Positions 26,251 through 39,798 of a DNA stretch of 64,000 nt are shown in pieces (within the stretch, counting starts at the first letter, position 1; the number at the start of each line of letters is the position of its first letter). The stretch lies in NCBI GenBank assembly GCA_958009085.1, contig OY253686.1:1-64000 (forward strand), given 5' to 3'. The stretch comes from Protoeuglena noctilucae (lineage: Eukaryota). Position numbers and translations under genes: made by a program. The notes beneath the pieces are model-generated. The model had not been told where the DNA came from, did no database searches, and worked only from the letters and a program-made list of their open reading frames with translations.

Positions 26251-26553
26251 GTGAGTATTTGTCCCTGCCCTGTGCGCACACGGCGCTTCCTCGAACCCAC
26301 CGGGGCTCGGCCCGTGACGATCACTTGCGCAGATGTGACATACTGTTTCGACATTGAAGCGGCCTCGGCCACACACTGACACAGGGCTTCACCCAACGCC
26401 CCTAGCTACGGGCCACAAAAAGCGGCCACTGGGTGGATGCGCCTGGAGAGAGTTTCCGGAAACCGAGATCACGCCTAACCCTACCACTACTAGATCTAGC
26501 GCGCGCAGCTGCTCGCTAACCCCCGCTCCCAGCATTCTCTACCCTACGCCCCC

Positions 26554-29500
26554 TCACAGCACTTCGTAGTCATCCGGCACGACCTGGTTGCCGCGGGGCT
26601 GGGGAGCCCCCTCCCCGCCCCGGGTGCCGGGCCGCGACGCCGTGGCCGACCCAGCCCCCGACCCAGCGCCAGACGCAGCCCCTGACCCGGCCCCCGACCC
26701 TGCCCCGGCCTTTGCCCCAAGCTGGGCCTGCGCGCCCGAGGGCCCGGCGGCGGCGGCCGGTGGCGCGGCGGCCCTGGCGGACGCGTTGGCCGCGACGAGG
26801 AACCCCTCCTCCTCAAATTCGTCCGGGATGGGCGGCGGCACCCACTCGAAGAAGTCGGGCTCGCCCGGGTCGACCCATGCGCCCTCGTCGAGGAGCTGCT
26901 GGACCTGGACGGCGAGGGCCAGCGTGGCGGTGCGCTGGATGTCGAGGATGGCCCGTGCGCGCTGGGGGTCGAGCGTCTCGACGTAGCGGAGGATGAGGAG
27001 GTAGCGGTGGCAGTTGCGGGCCGTGGAGCCCCGCTGCTCCACCACGCGGTCGACCAGCTCGGGGACCTCCAGGTAGTTGTCCGTGAGCCACTCGTCGTAC
27101 ATCCACTTGCGCAGGGCGGCGGCGCGGCGCACGGCGTCCCGTGCCAGCACCACCGGCTCCACCACGGCCGCGATGGCCGAGGGGCGCGGGTCGCCCTCGT
27201 CCTGCACCCCGCGCGCGCCCAGGGCGTCGAGGAAGCCCAGGAGCCCCGCGGGCATCTCGGCGGCCATGCGCGCGAGGTGGGCGTACGGGTTGCCGCCCAG
27301 GGCGTCCACGTAGCGGCAGAGCTTGGTGTAGCGCCGCGCCTGGGCGACCGTCATGCCGGCGTCGCAGGCGGCCAGCTGCAGGACGGCGTTGACGGCGCGG
27401 GGCTCGTCCGGGTCGACGTCCTCGCTGGCCACCAGCCGCACCGAGTTGGCGTTCCACACGCGCCACACGGCCTCGCGGAAGTCCTTGCCGAGGGCGTTGG
27501 CGCGGCGCAGGTCCACCACGGGCACCAGCTGCTTGAGCAGGCCGGGGAGGGAGGGCGCCTCGCCGGGGTCGCGCCAGGCCAGGGACCGCCTGGCCAGCTC
27601 CACGCGGTGCGCCAGGGCCGAGACGGAGGCGTCGTTGTCGAGGAGCAGGTCGCGGCGCTCCTTGGCGGGCAGCGAGTCCAGGAAGCGCACCAGGGCCAGG
27701 TAGCGGTCGGCCACGGGCACCTCGAGGTCGAGGGCGCGGCAGACCTGGCGGTGCGTGGTGGCTGGGTCGAGGCAGAGCAGCTGGTAGCGCTGCTCCCGCA
27801 GGCGCACCCCCAGCTGGTAGGCCTCCCTCACGATGCGGAGGGCCTCGGCGCCGCGGTCGGCGACGAAGGAGGCCAGGCGCGAGGAGCCGTAGAGGCGCAC
27901 GGCGAAGTAGAGGGCGAGGAGGGCGTTCTCGGCGACGAAGGCGATGAAGAGGCGGGTCCAGACGGTGAGGGTGGTGGAGGTGAAGACGTATGTCTGGAGG
28001 GCGGAGGAGGAGAGGGCGAGGAAGAAGCACTGGTTGATGACGCCCACGACCATGAGGGCCTCGAACGCCACGCGGAAGACGCCGATGCCCGGCCAGCGCT
28101 CCGAGAGGGGACGCTGCGGGAGGGGAGGGGTGGGGGGGTGGTTGCGCTGTCGCTGTTGCTTTCGTGTCCACTCGCGCGGCGCTGTGGCCGTCACGCCCGC
28201 AGCTGGCCGCGGGTCCCTGGCCGCCCGCTGCTTACCTGCGTGACGCGGTTGAACTTCCACACGTCCATCTGCGCGACCGCGAACATGGAGAGGAGGAGCG
28301 CGACGGCGGACAGCGACCACGCGGACCCGAACGACATGAACACCGCCAGCTGCACGAGGACGCTGGAGAACTCCACCGAGTACTCGCTCGTCGTGGCGAG
28401 GATCTCCCCGCGAAGCTTCTCCTGCACCTCGTCCTCGAGGCCCGCGGCCAGGAGGTCGCCTGGGGGGGTGGGGGTGAGGGAGGTGGTTGAGGTGGGTCAG
28501 GCAAAAACAAGCACGCAGCTGTAAAGGCCCAAGCACTTTAACACGCCTACTTTCCGCACTCACCCGTCTCGGCGAGGTCCTCGTCGTTCCCCATGCCCAT
28601 GCCCATGCCCATGCCCATGCCGCCCCCCGCCTCGGCCAGCGCCCCCGGCCCCCCCTCCGCGTCCGCCCCCGCCTTGTCCGCCTCGGGGGTGCCCTTGGCG
28701 GCGATCCTCTCGACGTCCGCGCGCGCCACGCGCTTCCCCCGCGCGCCCAGCCAGGGCAGGGCGTACTCGATGAGCAGGGCCAGGACCTGCCCCACCACCA
28801 CGATGGCGGCCAGGGTGGCGGCCGTGAGGTCGAAGTCGCGCTTGTAGTAGGCGAAGTAGTAGAGGGACGCGGTGCTGTTGAGGTACTGGAACGTGACCAG
28901 CTTGATCGCCAGGGATGTGTCGTGCTCGTACACGGTGCCGAAGTTCTCGCGGTACGTGAGCCACACGGCCACGCGCTCCCACAGGGCGTTGAGGGTGAAG
29001 ATGGCGAGGGCGTTAGCGGCGGTGGTGGCGTAGAGGGCCGCGGTGCCGTAGTAGTTGCGGGTGCGGGTGAGGGGGTTGTTGAAGTTGTGGTGGAGCTTGG
29101 GGTCGTTGTCGATCAGGCCGATGACCACGACCACGATGGCCCAGGCGGAGAAGAGCGCGGCGGCGGCGGCGAGGAGCCAGGCGGCGACGGAGGCGCAGAT
29201 CCACTGCACGCGCGCCTTGAGCATGGCGGGGGTGGTGACGGGGACGTACTGCCAGGCGTTGTTGACGTACAGGCGCCTGACCACGGCCGTGGACGCCGGG
29301 TTGGGCGTCTTGGGGTACTCGTGGACGGTGTCGAGGCGCCAGCGGAAGCGCAGCTCGGCCTCCTTGGTCGCCCACCCGCGCACCAGCACGGCGGCCCAGA
29401 TCACGCAGACCAGGAAGAAGAAGTAGGCGATGGGGTGGTCGTAGGAGAGCGTGACGGACGTCTTGCCGGTGACCTCGGAGGGGGGGCGCAGGGGCACCCA

Positions 29501-32500
29501 CAAGATGCCGAAGCAGACGGCCCCGGCGGTGGCGGGGACGAGCATGGCGTGGCCGGCGTGGTGCACAAACGCCTCGTAGAAGCCGAGCTTGGATCCGAAG
29601 TACTTGAAGACGGCCTGGAGGGGCCGCAGCATGGCGCGGCGGTCCACGAAAGACCGCATCTGCCGCCGCCAGTACCCCCGCTTGCGCTGGTGGCCGAGGT
29701 TCCAGGCGTCCAGCACCTCCTCCCGGCCCACGTCATCGTGGAGCACCATGAACTTGCGCACGACACGGAGGCGCACGTAGAGGGCCATCTTGATGCCGGC
29801 CGAGCGCACGTCAGCCACGGTGGCGGCACGCCCCTCGACCTTGCCCGCCGCGCCGGCTGTGACGGTGGCGGGGGGGCGGGGGGTGGCGCGGAGGGACGTG
29901 AGGGGCGAGTCGACCATGGGCGCCTCGATGATGTTGAGCAGGATCTGCTGCCGTTCCCCGCGCGTGAAGGGCTGGAACCCCGTGTCGGGGAAGGTGGCGT
30001 GGTCGACGAAGAACTCGGCGGCGTCGGCGCCGGTGCGCTTGGCGCGGAAGCGCATGCGCTCCGCCTCGAGCTGGAGGCGGTAGACGGGGGCGCCCACCCG
30101 CACGAGGAGGTAGTGGCGGACCCCCGTGGCGATGAGCCCCAGGGCCTTCTCCTGGGCCAGGACCGTCTCGACCTGGACGAAGAGCCCCGCGCGCTTGAGC
30201 TTGCGCACGATGGAGTCGCGGTCGACGAGCTGGTGCACGATGCGCTGCTGGCGGACGTCGCGGGGCACGGCGGGCGCCTGGAGCACGCGGTCGCCGATGT
30301 TGGGGCCCGAGGTGGCCACGACCCAGCGCCCCTCGTCGAACACGATGCCGAAGTCGAACACGACCGGGTGGGAGTCGTCGACCACCACGTGCCTGTCCTC
30401 GATGTAGTCGCGGATGAGCTCGGCGATCTCGGGGACGCGCGCGTAGTCGTAGGCGCTGTGGCCCTGGGCGTCGAGGAGCACCTCGGTGTCCCCCGCGCTG
30501 ATGAGCGTGTCCACGCCCTCGAACCAGTTGGACAGCGCCGCGCGGTGCAGGGGGGTGCGCCCCGTCTGCCGCTCGGCCAGGTTGGTGTTGGCGCCTGCGT
30601 TGACCAGCAGCTTCAGCATGCGGAGGTCCGAGTGCGTCACGGCCAGGAAGAGGGGAGTCAGGCCCGCGTTGTCCTGGAGGTCTGCGGGGGAAGGGGGGAG
30701 TAACGCGGCAGTTGAGCATGCGTGGACGCATGACGCCAGCCCACGTTTCGCACGCACCGCCTATGCCACAACGCAGGCATCGCTGCCCTCTGTGTCGACA
30801 AGTTTACCATAGCTCTATCCGCACCGCATTCCGTCTCCCCTCAACCCCCCCCCCCCCATATGCTGCGTCTCACCCAGGTCGAGGTCGAGCTTCATCTCGT
30901 CGTCCAGCAGCATCTCCAGCACCACCTCATTCCCCGGCACCGAGCACGCCTTGTGCAGCACCCCCTGCCCCTCGAAGTCCACCGCCATGGCATCCGCCCC
31001 CAGCTCCAGCAGACGCTTGGCCGTGCGGTACGCGGCCGCCCCGCACGCCACGTGCAGCGCCGTGCACCCGGCCTGGTTGGCGGCGTTGATCTCCGCGGGG
31101 TCCTCGGCGGCGCCCGAGAGCACCTCGTATTCCAGGAACGCGTTGATGGCCATGAAGTTGTCCCCCGCCGCCGCGCAGTGCAGGGGCGTGTCGCCCGCCG
31201 CGTCCCGCAGCGACGTCACCCGCACCGACAGGTGGGGCATCAGCAGCTCCAGGGCCTTGACGTTGCCGCTGGCGGACGCCGTGTGGAGCGGGGTGCGGCC
31301 CTGCCCGTTGCGCATCAGCGGGTCCGCCCCCGCCTCCAGCATGGCCGCCAGCGCCGCCTGCTTCCCGTGCAGCACCGCCATGTCCAGCGCCGTCTCGCCG
31401 CCCTTGCCCTTGAGGCGCGGGTTGGCCCCCCGCGCAAGCAGCTCCCTGACCACGTCCGCGTGCCCCATCTTGGCCGCCAGGTGCAGCGGCGTGGTGGGCC
31501 ACTGCAGCGCGTCTTCCCCGTTCACGTCCAGCCGGTCCACGTCAAGCAGGTGCCGCACCTCGTCCACCTCCCCCGCCTCCGCCGCGCGGTGCAGCGCGTC
31601 CTGGGGGATGAGCTCGAACCCCGGCACCAGGCAGTCGACCAGCGTGCGGTGGCGCAGCACGGCCAGCGAGAACTCGCGCTTGGTCACCAGCTGCTTGGCG
31701 GCGCCGAAGAGCGCGCTCAGCAGCGTCTTGGCCGTGCGGTCGGGGAAGCGAGACTCCTCCGACGCGCCGCCTGGAGGTGGGGGGGAGGGTTGGTGGATCA
31801 CAGACCGCTGCAGGTGGTCTTGGCAGCCAGGCGCGGCACCCACCCAGCCACACCGCTGTCCATGGTGCGTGTTTGTAATTGTAACGAGCAGAGACACGGG
31901 TCAATACAAGCCCACCCCTCGTCTCACCGGCGGCCTTCCCCTGCTTGCGCCGGACCTCCTCCAGCCCCGCCAGCGCCAGGCGCAGCACGTTGTACATGTC
32001 GTCCACCCGCAGCCGGTCCTGCGGCCCCTGCATGTGGTACACCCTCCACGCGAAGTCCAGCAGCTCCGGCACCGTCCCCCGCAGCATGACCGAGTACGCC
32101 TCGCAGAACTCCCGGAAGTCGACGTCGCCGTGGCCGTCGAGGTCGAAGGCCTTGAACAGCTGCTTCTGCAGCACGTGGTTGGTCCATCCCAGCTCCTCCT
32201 CCACCACGCGGTAGAACTGGTTGCCCTGCGCACATACAGGAGGTGATTCGTGGGTGGGGGTTACGGGGCATGGGGGCGGTTAATGGGAGCCGTGCAAGAG
32301 CCGGCGCTGGTCGGCATTGCCTGGCGATGACAATAGCAAGCATAGCAGCGCCCCCCGACTCGCCAGCAAGCGGTCGGCGGTCATGCGCTTGTACGCCAGC
32401 AGGAGCTTGCGCAGTTCGTCCGGATTGAAGTGGGTGGTGTTGTTCTCGAGCAGCTCCTCCAGCAGCTCGTCGGGCGTGCGGCGCAGTCGCCGGTAGGCGT

Positions 32501-32576
32501 CCGCCACGGCCCCCACCACCGCATTCTTGACCACCTGCTTCTTGATGCCCCGCTGCCACAGGTCCTTGGGCGGCAT
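26554..32576 (-). CDS. EF-hand (NCS/CBL-like) + ankyrin repeats + anoctamin/TMEM16 domain + C-terminal repeats
   Basis: EF loop DLDGHGDVDFRE; ankyrin motifs TPLHLAA, TPLHTAS, TPLHCAA, TALHVAC, TPLFLAV and TPLHRAA; TMEM16 motifs ERQQIL, YFGSKLGFY, LTYRENF..HDTSLAIKLVTFQYLN, RP..GIGVF and FVAEN. About six exons. Confidence 0.85.
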
Positions 32577-33613
32577 GGCACACCCGTCACGCGCTCGGGC
32601 CCCGGCGGAGGCGCATCTGAATGCGGCGGGAGAGGAAGGAGCGCTCGGCGAGAGGGAGGGCGCGACGGCCGCGGCGAGGGGCGCACAGCAAGTCCGGCGC
32701 AGGACGTGGCCTCGCCTGTTGCGCGGAGCCTCTCCGAGCCGGCCTCGCCCTCAGCGAATGCAGGAAATATCGAGCTACCTCAGGTCGTGACACGCCTGCA
32801 AGCACACGAGTCCCGAGAGCGTAGGCGGGGCGCAGAGTGATGGGTCGGTCGCGTTGGCGGCCCAAAGGCGACCAGCTGCGCACCGGCGCGCCCGCCGATA
32901 CACGAGCGCACACACGGCGGCGCAAACAAGAGGGTGGGCTACGAGCTTAAAGCGTTCATGCTCCCTGCGGCCCCCGGCGCCAGTCCCACATGTGCCCACG
33001 GCGAGGGCAAGGCTCGCGGCGGGCCAGGAGCGGCCGGACGCGGACGGATGCTCGTGACGGGATATGTTTGATTGGCTCGGTGGTTGCAGGCCGGGGCAAG
33101 GCCTCTAACAACGCGGCGCGCGGGCTGCCAGCTCGGGCCTCGAGCGGCAGCCCTGGCGCCCGTCGCGAGGCGTCGACTCACCCTTTGCGGAGGAAATGCG
33201 ATGAGCTAGCTATCGCCGAACCAAGCCCCAGCCTCAGACGCGACTTGCGAGCGGTCAGCGCTCGCGACCTATGCTCTGCGGCAACCTCGCGTTAGGTGCC
33301 CAGCTTTGGCGCAGTCGTCGGCGAAGCGCCTGACTTTATGCAGGCGCTGGCAAGCGTGAGCCGGGGTATGACCTGCTAGGGCTGGCAACTCGCGGCGCCT
33401 GCGGTGATTCTGGCCTGAGCCCGACGCTTTTGATGCTTTTCCTCGGAATACACGCCATGGGGCAATCGCTCGGTTCTCATCCGCTTCATGGAGTGCAAGA
33501 AAGCTCACGGCAGCGCTCCCCGCGCGCGCGGCGTGAAGTCACATGTCAAGAGCACCAGGTCACGCCTCTGGCTACCTCCACTGCGCCAGGGTCCCCTCGT
33601 CGATGCAGTGACG

Positions 33614-36600
33614 CTACGCCTGACCACTCACGAGGGTGCCCGACCCCCTCAGCCGCTGCGAGGCCCGGGGCCCCGAGAGGCCCTCCACCAGCTTCAGCTG
33701 CTGCTGCTTGGCGCGCAGGTCGCGGATCTCGCGCCGCAGCTCCTTGATCTCCTTGATCAGCGCCACTGCGAGCGCGGGCACACGGGTGTTGGTGCTTTCT
33801 GCGCTGTCCCTGCCGCCACACTGCTGCGCCCGTCTGCACCCCCCCTCGCCCCTCACCGTTCTCCTGCATCGCCTGCATGTTCTCCGCGGTGCTCTTGGCC
33901 GCGTGCGCCGCCAGCTTCTGCTTCAGGTCCTCCACCGTCACCTCCAGGTACTCCTTCTGCCTTCGGTACTCGTCGTGGATGTCGGCGTCCATGCTCACCT
34001 CCTCGATCTGCGCCTTGCCCACGTGCCACTCGTACAGCTCCTGAGGGGAACGACGCACGCGACTGGCGTCGCATGCTCTGCTCATACCATGGCATTGCGA
34101 TGCGTCGTGTGCCATCTAGTCACGTACTACCCTCGCATGCGTCGGCCACATGCCCCACCCCCCCTTGTCTCTCCCCTCGCCTTGAGTTTCTCCTTGAGCC
34201 TCCTCGGGTCCTGGATCAGCTGCACCAGCTCGTGGAGGTCGTGCTGAATCTTGTGCACCCTTGTGCTGCGCCGCGACAGCCGCGCCCGCTGCTCCAGCAC
34301 CCCCGCCTGCAGCGACTGCACCCGCGCCCGCATGTCGGCGATGCTGGCCTCCAGCGCCGCGTTCTGCTTGTGGAAGCGCTCCAGGTCGCGGTCCATGTCC
34401 TTGATCTGGTCCTTCATTGTCTTGATCTGGGGGAGAGACACTGACACGGCAGCAGTGGGGGAGGGTAGCGTAGCTGGCTGAAGCTTGCTGAAGCAGGGTG
34501 CGCGACACCCTGCCACCCACCGCACCCCTCGCTGCATGCCATCCAGCACACCACTCCATCAGCACCCACCCCACTCGCATCCCATCACAAAAACCAGACA
34601 TCTCCACCCCATCCCATCCCATCCCACACATCAGACATCACGCCTCGCATCCATCCCACCCCACGCCCCCCCGGTCCCTCACCTCGACTTCCTTGGGCTC
34701 GATCTGCTTCTTCAGCTCCTTGATCTTGTAGTCGAGCACGAATTTGAACTTCTCCAGCTCCTGGTTCTCCTTCTTGAGCTCGTACGACTTCTTCTCTTTC
34801 TCCACGATCAGCTCGTCCTTCTCGTCGATCTCTGCCTTCAGTCCCTGGTTGTCCTGCACCGTGCTCTTGGCCGTCTCGCGGAGGTCCTCCACCTTGCGCT
34901 CCATCTGGGGGGAGGGGAGGAGGGGAGTGTGTATGTAGGGGAGAGCGGGGGGCGGGAGGGGGCAGGGGTCTGACTGGGCGGGGACAGAGCAGTGACAAGG
35001 AACATGGTTGGGGGTGCGAAGAGCGTGGCTGGTGTGGAGCAGGGAGTGTGGTTGGGATTGTCACCAGCATGGTTGGGTTCGCAAGCAGCGTGGTCAGTGA
35101 AGCGTGCCCCATGTGCATGCCACCCCCCCCCATCCCCCTCCCCACCTCCTTCTCCTCCTCGATCTTGTCCTGAATCTCCTTCTGCAGCTGGCTGAACTTC
35201 TTCCTCATGATGCCGTTCTCCCCCTTGAGGGACAGCGACACGTCCCTCTCGGCCGCCAGCAGCTTCTCGTTCCGCTCCTTCAGCTCCTCGATCTCCTTGT
35301 CGAAGTCCTGGTACATCTGCTCCTCGATCTCCGCGTACTCCCTCGCCGCCTCCTCCCGCTCCTGCTGCAGCTTCTCGATGTTCATGCGCTCCTCCTCCAG
35401 CTCGGCCTCGAACTTCTCCGTCAGCTCCTGGATCATGCGCTCGTTCTGCTCCAGCATGAGCGCCTGCTGCTCCCGCCACTGCTGCTCCAAGGCGTCCTTG
35501 TCCGCCTGCAGGCTCTGCCATCGCTCCACCTCCTCCATGATCTTCTGCTGGAAGCGGCTGTCGAGCGCGGCCACCCGGTGCTGGTGCTGCTCGTCCATGT
35601 GCTTTATGCGCTCCTCGTACACCATCTCCATCTCGTTCTTGTCCTGGAGCAGGCGCTCGAACGACTCCTTGTCCCGCTCCAGCTCCTCCATGTAACGCGC
35701 CGTCCGCTGCTTGACCTCGTCATTCATGTGGTTCTCCTTCAGGCGCTTCTCGTACTGGGGGGGGGGGACAGGGGAGACGTGTTGATACGATGAGATTGAG
35801 CGCTATGAGTGTGAGTGCAGTGTGCCACGCATGCACACAAGGCGCTGCGTGTGGGCGCTGCGAGTGTCAAGCAGGCACAGCCACATCCCACACAACCCCT
35901 CACCTCGAACCCCATCTGGTTGTCCTGCAGTCGCTGCTCCAGCTCCGCCGCCTGCCTCCGCCTCTCCTCCAAGTCGCTCTTCGTCACCAGCACCTCCTCG
36001 GCCCAGGGGAGCGCCTCACGGTCCGCCCCCACCGCCTGCACGTCGCGCACCTCGTGAACCGACAGGCACCCGTCCTCGCCCGCCGCGAACAGCACCGAGC
36101 TGTCCTTGCTGCAAACATGGGGACGAGGATGAGGTCGCTGCGACGGTCGCTTGTCTCAGTTACCAAGGTGCGACAGCGTGGCTGTCACAATGAGACACTC
36201 TCTGCATCTCTCTGCACCCAGCTCTTCTTGCCTCAGTCGCAGCCGTGTGATGCGCCCGTGGTGCGGCTTGGCCTCCGGCTGCTGGTGCTCCCCCGTCAGT
36301 GGGTACTTGTAGGCGCGGAGGAGACCCGACTCGGTCGAGGCGAAGAGCGACCGGGCGCCGTTGGGGAGAACCACTTGCGTCAACACCTGCGAGAGGGAAA
36401 TGTGACGGGCGGTTTGATATACTCGCCGGGCGCAGAGCAAGCCCGTGCCACGACCATCACTCGTAACATTGCGTCACACCCATGTCACATGCGATGCGCG
36501 TGGCATGTCTGCTCCCTCGCCTCTCCGCTCTTGACTTCCTTGGTGAAGGCCCCCCTCTCGTCCACTTCCTTGAGCAACCTGTCCGACCCAACGGCGTAAA

Positions 36601-39066
36601 AGGCGCGGAAGTCGGGACCCGCTGCCACGCAGTAGTACACGCATCCCTTCAGCACGCTCTCCACCTCCTTGTCGCGGCTGAAGTCGTCCATGTGCCACAT
36701 GTAGATGGCACCATCGCCACCCGTCGACAACAGCCTGGGTGGACGGTGGGGATGAGGTGCGGTTGGGGAGTGGAGATGCGAGGCGCGGTGGGGCGTGGAG
36801 ATGCGAGGCAGAGGTGCTTGTTTGCTCACTTCGAGTCGTCTTTGGACCACACGATGCTGTTGACCTTGCCGTTGTGCCCCCTCAGGTTGCTGACGTTCTC
36901 CCCCGTGTACGTGCTGTAGACGGCGATCGTGCTGCCATTGACCGCGGCCAGCAGGTGGCCCCCGTTGCTGAACTGGCACTCGCGGCAGGCCTTGATGTTG
37001 AACTCCTTGATCACCCGCAGGTCCTCCATCAGCTGCGGGAGGGGGAAGGGCGCATGCTGGGTCACGCAGTGCTATGTATGCCAGCACATCGGTGCCCCGC
37101 CACCACATGCACAAGCGCAGGCCCTGCCTGCGCCACCGCTCGCAGCTGCCCATGCATCGCAATGCCTCTAGTCACTAGCCACTCACCACTGTCATAAGTC
37201 GCAGCTTGTCGGCGAACCCGACCAGAAGCAGGTACCCCGACGGGTGAAGGGCGATGGAGTAGGCCTCCTCGACAAAGTCCTTGGCAAGCTCGCAGTAGCA
37301 GTCGACGTTGTTCCATATCTGCAAATGATTATACATGTAGTATTACAGCTAGGGCAGAGAGGGGCCCAGCTGTCAGCCCTGCGTGCGACGGCATGCAATG
37401 CAATTGCGGGGTGCAGTGGCAGCGTCCTGGTCTCACCCGCACGGACCCCCGGGAGGAGCAGGTGGCTGCGATGGGCTTGCGCGCGCACGTGTCGAGTCCG
37501 GTGATGGCGGTGGAGTGGAAGGGCGCCGACAGCAGCGTCACCGTGACCTCGTCCCCCCTCGCGAGGTTCGTGCCCTCCAGGGTTAGCAGGGACACCTGGT
37601 TGTCGTTGGTGGACACCACGATGGAATTCTGCGAATAGTACAAGCGAGGGGATATCGACAGCGAGGTGAGATGCAGGGTGGAGCACCGGCAGGCGACCGT
37701 ATGGTGGCGGTGGGTCAACGTGGTGCGTGTTGTGCCTGCCCGTGTCCTATCGCCACGCGTCTGCCCTCGCCTCGGATGGCGCCACGCTGATGCCCGTGAC
37801 GGTGCCGCCGCCCCGGTTGACCGACAGCTGCTTGACAATGCGGAAGGCGTCGCCGTCCTCGGCCCCGCGCTCCACCACCGCCACCATCCCGTCCGACCCG
37901 CCGACGACGAAGCCGCGCGAGAAGGGGCAGAGGGAGTTGATGCTCCCCGGCCCGTCGTGCCGTGCCAGCAGCTGCACCACCTCGCCCCCCTCCACCACCA
38001 GCAGCTCGCCCTGGTCCGTGCCAATCACCAGCGACGGCTCAGGGGCGACCCCCGCCTCGCCCTCGCCCTCCGCGGGCGTGTCCGCGGCCGGGGTGCCCGC
38101 GCCGGTGTCGCTGGGTCCCCTGACGTAGCACTGGCAGGTGAAGCCCTGCTGGGCGCGCCGGGCGGCCCCCACGTCCATCTCGGGCATGCCGGCCCCGTCC
38201 ACGCGGAAGCTCCGCAGCAGGCCGGGTCCCACGACGGAGAAGCGCCCCTGCTCGCCCTCCCGCACCCAGGGGGAGAACGCCACGCTGCGGACGGGCGCCT
38301 GGGGCGTGGACATGCGCGCCGTGTGCACCACCTTGCCCTTCTCCCACAGGAACAGCACCGCGTTCCACTCGGGGCCGCCGCCCTGGCACACGAGGTACTT
38401 CTCGTCGGCGCTGCGGGGGAGGGAGGGGGGGAGTTGTAGGGTAGATGTGGCGTGAGCGCACCGTGAGCGCGGCCCATCGCGGCAAGCATTGTTGTGACAT
38501 GCGCCGCTCGCCTGAAGGAAAGCGCCACGTATTCCTTGGATCCCACGTCCGACGCCAGCAGCATCTTGCGCCGCTTGAGCGTCGTGAGGTCGTAGATGCA
38601 CACCGTCCCACGCTCGCCGTACTCGGCCATCGCCAGGTACTTGCGGGACCGAGACATGGCCACGGCGGTGATGCCGCCGGACTCATGGCTACCTGCGCGA
38701 GGATCGGCGGAGCGTCGGGGGGCGCATGGCGCGCGCGGGGCGGCGTGGGCGCAAGAGGCGGGGCCGCACCCGGCAAAAACTGCTGGGCGCGCGTCTCCTT
38801 GTCGAGCACGACGATGTAGTGCCCCGCCGGATACAGAATTGTCGAGTCGTCGATGTGGAAGACATTCTGGGGAATGTCGCCGCGCACGCCGAAGACGTGG
38901 CTGCGGCGGAGGGGCGGGCGGCATGTGGCCGCGCGGACGGGGCTTGCGGCGTTCATCAGGCACCGCCGGGCCGTCCAGCACATGGCAGAAAGCGACGGAG
39001 ATATTCGCGACTGTCCGTGGCCGCGGAACCCGCCGCTCACCGGGGCGTCAGTGCCGCGACCGACAT
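33614..39066 (-). CDS. CFAP57: Cilia- and flagella-associated protein 57 (WD40 + coiled coil)
   Basis: N-terminus [32 protein letters not shown]40 repeats ([18 protein letters not shown]), coiled coil with [12 protein letters not shown] and [28 protein letters not shown], and [10 protein letters not shown]. Confidence 0.92.
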
Positions 39067-39798
39067 CTCTCCCCCCGCGCGGTCAGGGCCGGAGGCCCCG
39101 ACGCTGCGGCCTGCGCCTTATCCCCAAGCAAGGGGTCAAAGAACGCGCACCGGAAGCCCGCCCGCCGAGCTCGCAGCGTCCTACCCGCGGCGCGGAATCC
39201 CGTTCTGCGCGCCTGCGTTCAAGGAAGGCGCCCGGGCGCGTGGGTTTGGGCGTCGCGTCACCAGCTGGAACCACGGGGTCAAAGAACGCTTTAGAATGGT
39301 TCCACTCTCGTTGTCAAGGGACGAGGAGAGATCGCGCGGGAGCTGCCTGTTGGCACATGCGAGGCCCGCTGTGGCGCCCCGTGCGACCGAGGCGCCGAGC
39401 GTACCGGCAGAAGCTGCGACGCGGCGATGAGGCTTAGATTGCGCACCATGGTGCCACTCACCCACCTGCGGGCGCTCTGCAGCCAGCGGTGTTTGCAGAA
39501 AAGGCTCACAGCTCCACGGCAGGCTTGCTGTCAGGACCAACGGAGCCCCCTTTGGTAAGCACATGTCTGGCTTCAGTGCAGGGGACGTCGTGGACTTGTG
39601 CGGGAGCAGCCTGGCATCGACACGCTCTGACATGCTGGGCAGGCTCCCCGCGCCGGTGTTTGAGGGATTCGGACACCGCACCGCATCCTCATATCTGTGA
39701 TGCGACCATCTCCATCCCATTAGCCCCATCCAGCCCGTATCCGCTCCCCCATTCCCGAGGGGCGGTGCAGCTCTCCGCGCTCGCTCGCATCCGCGATC

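Noticed and set aside
27007..30703. Long plus-strand ORFs (505 and 738 aa) and similar long ORFs such as 53826-55664 and 51398-53092
   Set aside because: They are antisense shadows of high-GC3 coding exons, with no recognisable motifs.
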